From: Candidatus Omnitrophota bacterium
Lineage (GTDB): Bacteria; Omnitrophota; Omnitrophia; Omnitrophales; Aquincolibacteriaceae
DNA length: 64,000 nucleotides
Reading direction: 5' to 3'
NCBI GenBank assembly: GCA_022709525.1
Contig: JAKLIQ010000007.1
Span: forward strand, 49,720 to 113,719
Under the pieces are notes generated by a model. The model saw only the letters and a program-made list of their open reading frames with translations. It was not told the origin of the DNA and ran no database searches. Position 1 is the first letter of the stretch, and each line of letters begins with the position of its first letter. Both the position numbers and the translations under genes were made by a program. Of the stretch, positions 1 through 12,000 are shown piece by piece.

Positions 1-1
1 C

Positions 2-3000
2 GTCGATGGCTGGAGCTTTGTCGAAACGCGCCAGATGACGCGGGCGGCCTTCGAAGATTTAGCTTCTTATTTAATTGAAGGTTCGAACTCGTATTTAGAG
101 TACCAGGAAGCGAAGCTTTCGATGAGCGCCGGCGACACGTTTTCAATGACAATTTCCCAGGGCGGGACGAGGAGTTACAGTTTCCGGGACAAGGAGACCG
201 GGAGGAGTTTTAGTCTTGGCTCGGCGGCAAGCCATGTTCAATGCGAATGGTCGGAACTGGACGCGGCCTACGTGACAACGACGGGAGTTTTAAACGACCT
301 TACAGCTGCCGGTATTGCAGCTGGATATAAGGTAGAAGACGGAAAAGTCTATCGCATCAAAACATGGAGTTTCTCGGAAATCGTTGAAATGACACAAGCG
401 GCGTTTGAGGAATATGGCGCCAAACTTACCGTGGGCTCGGAAGCGGAAAGACAATATAAAGAAGCCCAAGGTCTCATGGATGAAGATGATAGCTTCATGG
501 TCTCAATATCAGGCGACACCATGAACTACAGCTTTCGCGACAAACAGTCGGGCAGGAGTTTCAGTCTAAGCCAGTCGACGATACCAACGCTTTACGATTG
601 GGATGAAGTTGCCGGGCTTGACCCCGATTTTGTGGATGAAACGGGAGGTGTCAAGATCCTTACCGAAGCGGGCGAGGCCGCTGGATTTTTTATGGTTGGC
701 AATCAGGTTTTCCGTGCCGGCGTCTGGAATTTTTCGGAGAATGTCGAAACGACAAAAGCTGTGTTCCTGGAGCAAACGCAGAATTTAAGCGGACAGGCGC
801 TGGACCTTTATAACGAAGAGAAGGAAGGCGTTACCCTTACGGATGACGATACCTATACGCTTCGCGTGAGCTATGAAGACGGCAACAGTTTCAGTTATCA
901 GTCGGCGGACGGCGCAATATCCTGGAGCATTAGCGCGTCAGAGGAATCTGTCCAAGGCGTTGCCGGCGTCGAAAAAACAACCGTCTGGAGTTTTACTTCC
1001 AGCTCTCAATTCACCTGGGCAGCCGTCTTGGCGGAGGTCTACGCGACGCAAGGATTGACAACGCAAGCAGAAATTAACGCATGGGTAGCCGGCCTCAAGG
1101 GAGCGGATCTTGAAAATTATAATGCGATCCTCGCGTCATCCGAAACAGATACGTTTGTCTATAGCGAGCGGGGGACTCACGACGCAAAAACTCAAAGTTA
1201 CGGCGGTCAAACTGCGGACGGTTCTCGGAGCTGGAGTTTCGGGCGATCATTCAAGGCGTCGCAAGGGAGCCCGACGGAAAGCAATCCGACCGGCATTATT
1301 TATGAATGGGGGAATTGGGAATTCACGGCAAATATGCAGCTCAGCCAAGGCGCCGTGTTGGCCCAGATCTATGCCGCGAATAACCTGACGGCGGGGGATC
1401 AGGCCGCGATCGATGCGTGGTACGCAACTCTGACCGAAGAAGAACAAGCAATTTATAACGGCATTATTGCCGCGCAGGGAGCCGATACTTTCAGTTACAG
1501 TTTGAGCAGGAAATCTGAGAACTACATCCGGCAATCCGAGGACGGCACTACGGTTTGGAGTTTCGGACGGACGCTCGACCCCGTGCTCGGCCGCGCGACC
1601 GGAACGCAGGGAAATAATGTCTGGACGTTCAACGAGAATATCAATATGACCCAGGCAAAATGGCTTGCGACCTTTTACACAGAACACGAATTAGGAACCA
1701 CTGAGGCAGTTAACGTTTGGGTCGCAAGTTTGAGCGCCGATGACCGCGCAAATTATGAGCGGATGATCGCCGCGGCTGGAACTGACCAGTTCTCCTGGTC
1801 CATGGCCAAAAATAGCGTCAATTTTGTCCGTCAAAGCGCCGACGGCGTCATTACCTTAAGTTACGGTCATGATAGGATCACGCTTCCGGCTGATGATTCC
1901 ATCGAGTACCGCACTCGCACGATCGAGGATTATTACCGCGCTATTCTGGGTTACGGTGACGAGCTTATCGCCTCAGCGGCTGTCCAGGAAGAGATCGCAA
2001 ATTGGGCCGGGAGCACATTGACGCTCGCCGCGATCGAAGCGGAATTCCGCGGAGGGAACCCGACCGCGGGAGCCGCCTACCGGATCGCCGCGATCACTAC
2101 CATGTATCGCAATCTTCTCGGCCGCGATGTAACCTCTGACGCAACCGTCTCGGATATCAATATCTATGCGGCCGGGAATCTTACGCTGGAGCAGATCAAA
2201 GCGCAGATCGAACACAGCGCCGAATACCGCACGCGCATTATTTCCGGTTTCTACAGCGATCTCCTTGGGCTTGATACGACGAATACCGAAGCCGCCGCCG
2301 CGATCAGCGCCTATGTCAGCGGAAGCCTTACTTTGGATCAGATCAAAACGGAGATCATGGGGACCCCGGCGTATCGCACCCATATGATCACTAGTTTTTA
2401 TAGCGATCTCCTCGGCCGCGACGCGACCACGGATGCGACGATCGCGGATATCAATACTTATGCCAACGGGACGTTCACTCTGGATCAGATCAAAGCCGAG
2501 ATCATGGGGAGCGCGGAATACCGCACTTACATGATCACCGGCTTTTTCCGGGACCTCCTTGGCCGCACGGACTTGAATTCGGAAGTTACGCTCGCGGAGA
2601 TCAATGCGTTCGTTAATGATGCAACAAAAGCCCTTGATCAGATCAAAGCCGAGATCATGGGGGGTACGGAGTACCGGACGCTTATGGTCACCAGTTTCTA
2701 TACGGATCTTCTTGCCCGTACGGATATTACTTCAGACGCAGCGCTGGCCGAGATCAATGCCTGGGTTAACGATACGACAAAATCCGTCGATCAGATCAAA
2801 GATGCCATTATGGCGTCAGTGGAATATCGCACCTTGAAGGTGACCGCTTATTACCGCGATCTCGTCGGTCTTGATGTTACGGATGCTGCGATCCAGGTCA
2901 AGATCGATGCCTACGTTGCGAGCGATCGTTCGCTCGAAGATATCCGGGACGAGATCGTGGCCGAAAATCCGCTAACCCTTGTGTTCTGGAATTTTTCCGA

Positions 3001-6000
3001 AAGTGTCAATAAACACCGTTCGTACGTGGATTCGCGGCTCCAAACAACCGAGGGTTTAGGGACCGAGGATGAAGTGGTCGATACAGCTCCTCTTACGGAG
3101 GCCGAGGCGCTTTCCGCCGAAGAAGTAGCAGAGGACACCGCGCTCGGCGGGGTTGTTGGCGCCGGAGCCGCTTTAGGTAAATCGCTTGGAACGCTTCTCG
3201 CTTTGAATATGGCCGATCCCAAATGGCAGGGCGCCATGATCAGCCATATCCGGCGCTGGGTGAACGGAGTGCTTCAAAGCGAACTTTATACGGTGGAATC
3301 TAACGATCTTACAGAATCCCGGTCGATCGGTTTTGATGTGGAAGATGGCAGCGTGGAATATATTCATGAGCTTACCATTGACGATCCGACCATCCGCGCG
3401 AGCATTATCGGAAATATGGCGACGGATGCGTCCTTAAAGAAAACGATCACCTACACCGTTTCGTTCGACCAGCTTCCGGATCTTGAGGCGCGCGTGAGCG
3501 GTTATCAGCGCGTTTTCCGCCGCACAGCCATTGCCGAACTTTTCCTCACCGTTTTAAATCGAAGCGCTACCGATGAGGAATTAGCGAATTGGGACAGCAC
3601 CGGGCTTTCGATCGAACGGATCAGCCAGGCCCTTGCGGGCAGCGCGGAATTTCGCGGGGATAGTATCCGGACGATGTACCAGGAGATCCTTGGGCGCGAA
3701 GCGACGGAGGCGGAATATCAGGCCGCGCTCAGCTCAGAGCTTACGCTGGATCAGATCGCCGCTCAGATCTATACCACTTCCGATTATCGCAGGATCGCGG
3801 TCTCCGCGATGTATCAGGAGATGTTCGGCGAAGACATCCCCTCGGCAACACTTGATTTTTACATGAATGATCCTGCCGCAAAAAATTTGACCGTCAACCA
3901 GATCCGGGAAGCTTTTACAGAGCTTGACGGCTATCGCGAACAGGCCATCTCCCAATTGATCGTTCAGCTCTACGGACGGACCCCGCATGCAGCTAATGCT
4001 GCGGAGAACTATGCCGGCGAAGTTGAGACTTGGATGGCAAGCGGCCTTTCGCTTGAAGCTATTGAAGAAGCGATGAAAAACGCTCCGGAATATAAAACGC
4101 AGATCATCGAAGGTTATTTCAGGACCTATCTGAATTATACGGATGAGCAGATTATTGCCGAGGCTGACCGCATTGAGGCTTTAGCGAATAGCACCCAGAC
4201 GCTCGATCAGATCAAGGACGGCATCTTGAATGGCCACGAATATCGATCGCTTATCGTTAAGGATCTTCTCGAGGAGATTTGGGGCAGTATTTGGGGAGAA
4301 AACGGAAATATTTTCGGCCAAAACCTGATCGAAAAATATGTTACAGAGGCAGAGATCAATCGATGGGCTAGCACGACGCTGACCATGAGCGAGATCCAGG
4401 AAGCTGTTATGGACACCTTTGATTATCGTTTTGAGGCCGTCACCGTTTGGTATCGTGATCTTCTTGGATATACCGACGCACAAATCGAAAACTCGTATCA
4501 GATGGAAATTACGATATGGGCCAATGGAACCGGATATCCGGGGGGCAGCGGGAAGCTCACTCTCGCGCAGGTAAAAGCTTATCTCATGACGACACCTCGA
4601 TACCGCCAGTATCAGATCCGCACTTATTATGAAGATCTTCTAGGACGTCCGGCGAGACAGTGGGAGGTAAATCACTGGGATAATTCCGCCTGGAGCCTGG
4701 AGGAGATCGAAGGCAAGATCCTTGAGAGCCAAGAATACCGGAAAAAGATGATCTCGGGTTATTACGGCAGTCTTTTAGGTCTTACTGACTCCCAGATCGC
4801 GACCGATACGATCCAGGCAGAGATTCAAAGCTGGGCCGGTAGAACTTACCTGACGCTTGATGATATCGCGAACGAGCTCAAAGGTCAGCATTCTGTGACG
4901 GGATTGAATTATCGCCGGCAGCAGATCACTGCCATGTACCAGGAATTGCTTGGGCGGGTCCACTCCGAGCAGATCGAGGCATTCGCCACCGGGACCATGT
5001 TGCTCTACGAGATCCGGAATCAGATCATGAGCGGCCAGGCCTACAAAACCCAGTTCATCCAGAATTCGTATCTGGCCATGATTGGCCGCGCTGCCAACGT
5101 CGATGAAGTTGCCGCGCTGATCGGCAAGAGCTGTGAAGAGATCACGTTGTATCTCTATGGCACTGATGCTTATCGGCGGAGAGCCGTGACTTCTTTTTAT
5201 AGGGACCTTCTCGGCCGCGAGCCGGAAACAGGAGCGGTCACTTACTGGGTTACCGTAAAAAAGAACGTGGGTAATGTTACCCGCCTATGGACGGTCGAGG
5301 AGATCAAAAACTACTTTTTAGAAACCGAAGAATATTCCAATAGAGTCGTCAATGGTTATTACCAAGAGCTATTGGGCCGTTCGGCGACGAAGGGTGAAAA
5401 GTCATCGGCATACGCAACGCTTTCTAACAAAACTCAGACTTTCGAGGGTATTCGGACTGCCATTATCAATAGCGCAGAATACCGTAAGAAGATCATTACG
5501 GGATACTATAACGATATTTTGCTTCGCCCTCCTGATACGGAAGGCCTTAACTACTGGGTGGGAACAGAGCTCTCACTTGCCGAGATCGAGGAGGATTTCT
5601 ACGGAACCCGGGAATACCGGAATCGTATGGGGGCCGAGTCTTTTGTCGCAAGCGTTACAGATATTTATCAAACGCTTACGGGGCGCCCCCCCACGCAGGC
5701 CGAGCTAAATTATTGGCTTGCCACCGACATTACGACTGTACCCACTAGCAAGTCGGACCCTAACTATGCCCGTTATTGGTATACAGTCCCTTCGGGTATC
5801 CGGACGGAAGTTCGAAAATCCGAGGCCGGCCGCCGGTTTGCTATCGAAAAATATTATCGTGAAATGTTAGGTATCACCGACTATTGGGGAGTGCCAGGCC
5901 GTTTTATACCCAGCATCGATTCTTATATGGGGACAAACCCTGATACTAAAAAGACTTATACCCTCGACGAAGTCAAAGCCGCGATCCAAAAGCTTATGGC

Positions 6001-9000
6001 CTATAAAGATCGAACGCTCCGTAGTTATTTTGTCACCTATCTCGGCCGCGTCGCTACGGAAAACGAGGTTCGAAGCTTAGTTAAAAATGGCGATTGGGGG
6101 AATGTCGATTTGTCCAGTCTTGAAGAACAATTCAAAAAATGTTCGGTGACGACCTACGATTTTAAGCTTTCGGACGGTACTAATTTTCATTTTGGCTCCG
6201 TTGGTACGGAAAGCAAGACCTATCAACTCAACAAACTTTATCAGAAACTTTTAGGGCGTAATGCAACGGAGGCGGAAAGAAATGCCTGGAATCCCGCGGC
6301 TGTAAAGATCGAAGATCTAGAGAAATCGATGAAAGCAAGCAATTTGGAATATCGCGGCCGCGAAATAAAAACGGCTTATAAAGATCTTTTGGGGATCACG
6401 CCTTCCGATGCCGAAGTGAACCGCTGGCTTGCTAGCGGATTATCTGCGGATACGGTTAAGGGCCTTATTGCCGGCGCAGCCCCCTCGCGCTGGCGCGCTG
6501 CCAGCAGTTACTACCAGCAGCTTCTGAACCGGACTCCGTCCACCGCAGAGATCTACGCTTTGTGTTCGACGGGGAAGACGTTCGACCAGATGCGCAAGAG
6601 CATTGAGGACGGAACGGAATACCGCACGTTGATCGTCGGTCAATATTATGAAACGTTATTGGGACGTCCGGGGAGCGCCTCGGAGATCGCAGGGTGGGTG
6701 AACCAAGACCTGATGCTTTCCGAGATCGAGGCCGATTTTAAACAGGCGCCTGAATACAGAAGCCACCAGATCAACGCAGTTTATCAGGAAGTGCTGGGGC
6801 GGTTAGCCACAACAAATGAGATGACCGCGGCGCAGGCGATCCTGACGGATGCGTTTGAAAATCCGCCGGCGGATCCCGCTCAAACCGCTCTTGAAGTCGG
6901 ATTAGCCGCTATACGCGCCCGCCTTGTCACGCGCCAGGAGTATCGCGCGAAACAGATCGCTGAAGCCTGGACATCCGCTTTTGGAAACGCGCCGAGCGAT
7001 TCCACGCTGAATTACTGGAAATCTTCCACGATGGGGTTGCGGGAAATGACCCAATTATTCTCGGTCTTAAGCGAAGCTTTGCCGGGGGTTACCGAAACGG
7101 TCCAATCGCAATTGACCGGGGTTCAACGTATCGCTTGCGGTTCAAGCAGCGCGACTAACTGCACCCGGAACGGATCCGATGCCGCGAACAGTACGACGAA
7201 TTGGACGCGCGGGTGGATGCAATCGGGAACCGGCCTTTACACATATTGGCAGTCGGATTATTCGACAACGGGGCCCGCTTATTATCGAATGGATTTTGGA
7301 GATCCCGGGGCCACCAGCTGGGAATTGTCGCTTGATGTGCAGAATCATAACATCAGAAATACCAAACCCCCTCTTGCGGGCACCTATTTTGAGATCGAGG
7401 CCCAGATCTGCCCTCTGGAATCCTGCACACAGGATTCGCAATGGATCTCGGCAGGCACTATCCAGATCCCGGCAACCGAATCCGAACAGACGGGAACCTA
7501 CCGGTTTGATACCGCCGCGCCTATCACAGGCCAGCACCTCGTGCGCTTTAAATGGAAGAATGACCAAGCGGACAATACGGGAGATAACAATCTCCAGATC
7601 AATCTCGTGAAGCTTTCATCGCTTGTCTATGCGAGGGAAGCTGAAGTTAACGAGATCTGGAGCGATAGCCATCCTGTCATTACTTCAGCCGCTGAAGCTT
7701 TAACGGCACGGTATCAGGCCGCCGGTCTTGGGGCTTCTCCGACCGCGGCTCAGCTTGCGGCTTACCGGGCCGGGCTCTCAGAAGACGAACAAAGCGTTTA
7801 TGACGCACTCGTCGAAACGGTTGCCGCTAACAGCGCCGAAAACCGGGAGGCGGGGATCCGTCAAATGTATCAACTCCTTAGAGGCGAGGCTCCGGATGAG
7901 ACGACTTTGGAGCAATGGCAAACGTCGAGTCTTACGCTGAACGAGATCGAAGGGCGGCTTATTGACGGCGCCGGCTATATCAAAAACGTTGTTTATAAAG
8001 TGGATGCTTACGGGGATGGCAGTTTGGTGCTCGGACGGACTTTTGATCCTACGAGCGGCAAAGTGGAATATTTTGGCCAGCGACAGCTTACGGACGCGGC
8101 CGGTCTTGATCACGGCATCGGAACCAATCAACGCGCCGTAGAATTCTGGACATACAGCGGAGCGCTGAACGATCCGGCTTCCAAGATCGTGTCGCATCGG
8201 GTGACGTTGGATGTTTACGGGAATGGGACCCGCACACGCACCGCATCATGGACGGTCGTCAACGGCCAGGATGTTGCCGGAAGCGCGGCCTTCGAAGAAA
8301 CTCGAGAGCTTTCCTGGTCGGGCGGGCTTGATCAAGGGCTGGCGGATAATACGCAACGCGCGAGTGAGACGATCCGCTACACGGACAGCACTTTTACGAC
8401 CCGCGGTTCGATCTCCTTTTCGCTGGATGTGAACGGCGATTCATCGCTTGTCCGTTCCGCCAGTTATTTTGTGAATTCCGACGGAACACGCGGAGAATTG
8501 ATCGGTTCGACCATAAAGGAGAATCGGTACGGAACGGATATTTCGGTCAGTAAGAGTTACGACGACTTAGCTTTCAGCGAAGTAAAGACTATCAGCGAGC
8601 AGGAATCCTTGGCTGACGGTACAAGCGATATTACGACGTATGAGGTTTTGGCGGACGGATCCAGGGGCTCGGCGTTAGAATATTCCAACACGCAGCAGCT
8701 CGGCGCTCTTCTTTCCCGCACGATCGTTTATACCGGTTCCAGCCGGACAGCCATTTCCCGCGCATTTGACAGCATGCAGGCGCTTATTCCCAATCGGGGT
8801 TACGACGCTTTCCGTGTCCTGCATTATCAGATTGAACCGCTCAGCGGTCTTGCCAGGACCCAGATCACCTCGGATCATTTAAGAGGCGATTACTTGATGG
8901 AGTACGTTTATAACAGTTCCGGCGCTGTGGTCGATCTCAAGACCTGGGAATTTCCTCAAAATGCCGTATCGGGCGCGCCGGAGATGACCGACACTTTGAC

Positions 9001-12000
9001 AGAAACAACGCCCTCAGCCCTTGTCGATTCCAGCATCGTGACCGACAGCGCGAGCGCTCTACCCGTTGTGATCGAAAGCTTTGACAATGTTAACCAATTG
9101 CGGTGGACACTGCAGGGTAATACTTCCATTGAGAACGGGGTTTTGAAGTTACAAGGCGGTACGGGGGGCTGGGGCGACAATGCGTTTCTTCAGTCGGTCA
9201 GTCCTATTCATAATCCAAGCTGGTCGGCAGATTTTTCGATCGCTGCGGGGGCTACGCAAACCCATCTGGCGGTGGAGGGAACCGGGACAGACGGCCGCTA
9301 CCGGCGTTTGGGGATCGTTCAGCAGTCCGCTAATCAATTAAAGGTTCAGATATACAATGCTGCTACGAACAATTGGGAATATCCCGTTCAGAATATTCCC
9401 TTTGTGGCCGGCAAAGAATACACGGTCGATTTTGAGGTGGTGAACGGAACGCTTAGTCTTTATCTGTACGAGAAAGGAACAGCTCATCCCGCCGCCTCGC
9501 TTTATTCCGTTTCAGTCCGGGATTGGGCGCAGGCGAATTTCCATACCTGGATATGGAGCGGTTCGGCGACGATCTCCGGTCTCCGTTACGGCGCGAATCC
9601 TCCGTTGCCTTCCGTTCTCCAGTCACAGGTAAATGGGGCTAACCGCGTTATTTGCTCAGGATCCAGCATGGCAAACTGCACCAGGACCGGCAACGACACT
9701 TCAACGGATGTCGGAAGATGGACAAAAGGCTGGATAGAATCGGGCACCAGCGCCTATACCTATTGGGATTCGAATACGACGGGAGCGGTTTATTATCAGA
9801 TGGATTTTGGGAGCACGCCCCAAACGACCTGGGAATTTTCAATGGATGCGCAAAATCATCCCTTCAGGACAGCTTCTCCCGTCGCTAACAGTTTTTATGA
9901 AATAGAAGCCCAGATCTGTCCGTTAACGGTTTGCACTCAGGAGTCTCAGTGGGTCTCCGCCGGGACGTTGAAGATCGCCGCGAACGATTCGCAGCAAACC
10001 GGGACGCTTCAATTTAACGCTGCCTCGGCTCTTTCCGGCCAACACACAGTCCGTTTTAAATGGAAAAATAACCTTGGGAACAGCACAAGCGATAACAATC
10101 TTCAGATCAATTCGATCCGGCTTTCCTCACTTTCTTATGCGATCCCGTCCCCGACACTAGCGACCAATCTATTGCCGCTAAACTGGACACTTCGGGGGAA
10201 CACCTCGTTGCAAAACGGCGCGTTGACGTTGCGGGGCGGTACGGCGAACTGGGGGGATAACGCCTTTCTCCAAAGCGTCAACCCTCTCAGCAACCCAAGT
10301 TGGTCCGTGGATTTTTCGATCGCCGCGGGATCTTCCGGTTTTCATGTTGCCGTGGAAGGATCAGGGGCGGATGGGAGCTATCGCCGGTTAGCGTTGGTCC
10401 AGCAATCCGCCAACAAATTACAGGTCCAGATCTGGAATAATAATCGTTGGGAGTATCCCAAGCAGAACATTTCTTTCGTGCCCGGAAGAGAATATACCGC
10501 GGATTTTGAAATGGTGAACGGAACGCTCCGGGTCTTTTTCCACGAAAAAGGCACCCCGCGTCCCGCCATAGCGACTTATTCGGTCTCTACCAGGGACTGG
10601 GCGCAGGCGAATTTCCATACGTGGATCGCTTCGGGATCTGCCGTGATCTCCGATATGCGCGTTTCATCCATGACTTACGCTTCGCAGCTTCCGCTGATCT
10701 CGCAGCTTGAAGCGATCGATCCTTCCTGGAATTTTGACGGGATCGTCGGAGTAGCGAACGGGACCCTTCAATTGACGGGGCCGGGAGGAACAGCTTATTC
10801 GCATTTCAATACGAGTTATTTGGTTCCAAGTCTCAATCCCGCTTACTCCGTCGATTTTTCACTTACCAATGTGGCCAATCCGTCATTTTATCTTGCAGTG
10901 GAGGGAGTGGGACCGAATTTAGGGAGTCCGGATAACGGAACATATCGCCGCTTCGGGATCAAAGTCGATAGCGGAATAGCGACCATCCAAGTTTTTGACG
11001 GCTCGCAGGCATGGAGCTCGGCTCTGCAGAACGTCTCCATGCGCCTTGAGGCCGGGAAAGAATATACGGCAGATTTTATCTCGCAAAACGGCGTCATCAG
11101 GATCTATCTTTACGAAAAAGGCGCGCCGCGTCCGGCTGACCCATTTTTTACCATCCAGAATACGGATTGGCAGGGCATACGGCTTCATAGCTGGATCATA
11201 AACGGAACGGCCAATATCAATGAGATCCGCACGGAGCTGAACCCTGTTTCTGTTGCTTCGAATGTTTCTACGGGAATGATTTACAATCAGAATTATGCAA
11301 GCGCCGCGCTTGGCGCAACCGTGACCGGCGGAGTGAGCGTTGAATCCGCCATCGATGGACTTCTCACCGATAGCGGCTCCACCGGATTCTGGTATGTCAA
11401 TGCTGCTCGGAACGAGAATCTAGCGGCGCTCGGCACGATCGATCTGGGTCAGCTAAGGCGGATCAACGAAATCGGTCTTCAGCTTTGGGACGGCCAAGTT
11501 GATCGGGTTTATTACAACTATAAAGTTCAGATCTCGGCGGACGGGGTCAACTGGACAACCGCTTTTGACGGAACGGGGTCTGGGACAAATTTTCAGGGCC
11601 TGCAGACCATTCAATTTGCAGAACAGGATGTCCGTTATATCCGGATCTCGGGAAGCGGCAACTCAGTGAACGCGGGCTTCCATGTTGAAGAAGTATACGC
11701 AAAACTTGTGCCGCCTTCCGCGATCGATTATGCGTCGCTTGCCATGGGTGCCCGGTTCATTCCGGCCAATCTCAACGTGGGCGCCCCGAACGCCGTTATC
11801 GATCCGGGCGTTTCAGCTACGGGCCACTACTTGTATTCTTTCCTCTGGAGTACCGCGGCAAAAAATGAAACGCTTTACGATATCGGCACTCTCGACCTTG
11901 GCCAATCCCGGACCATTAATGAGATCGGCGTTCACTTCTGGGATGGCGATAACCGCTCTTATTACAATTTCAGCGTCGAAGTTTCCACTGACAATGAACA

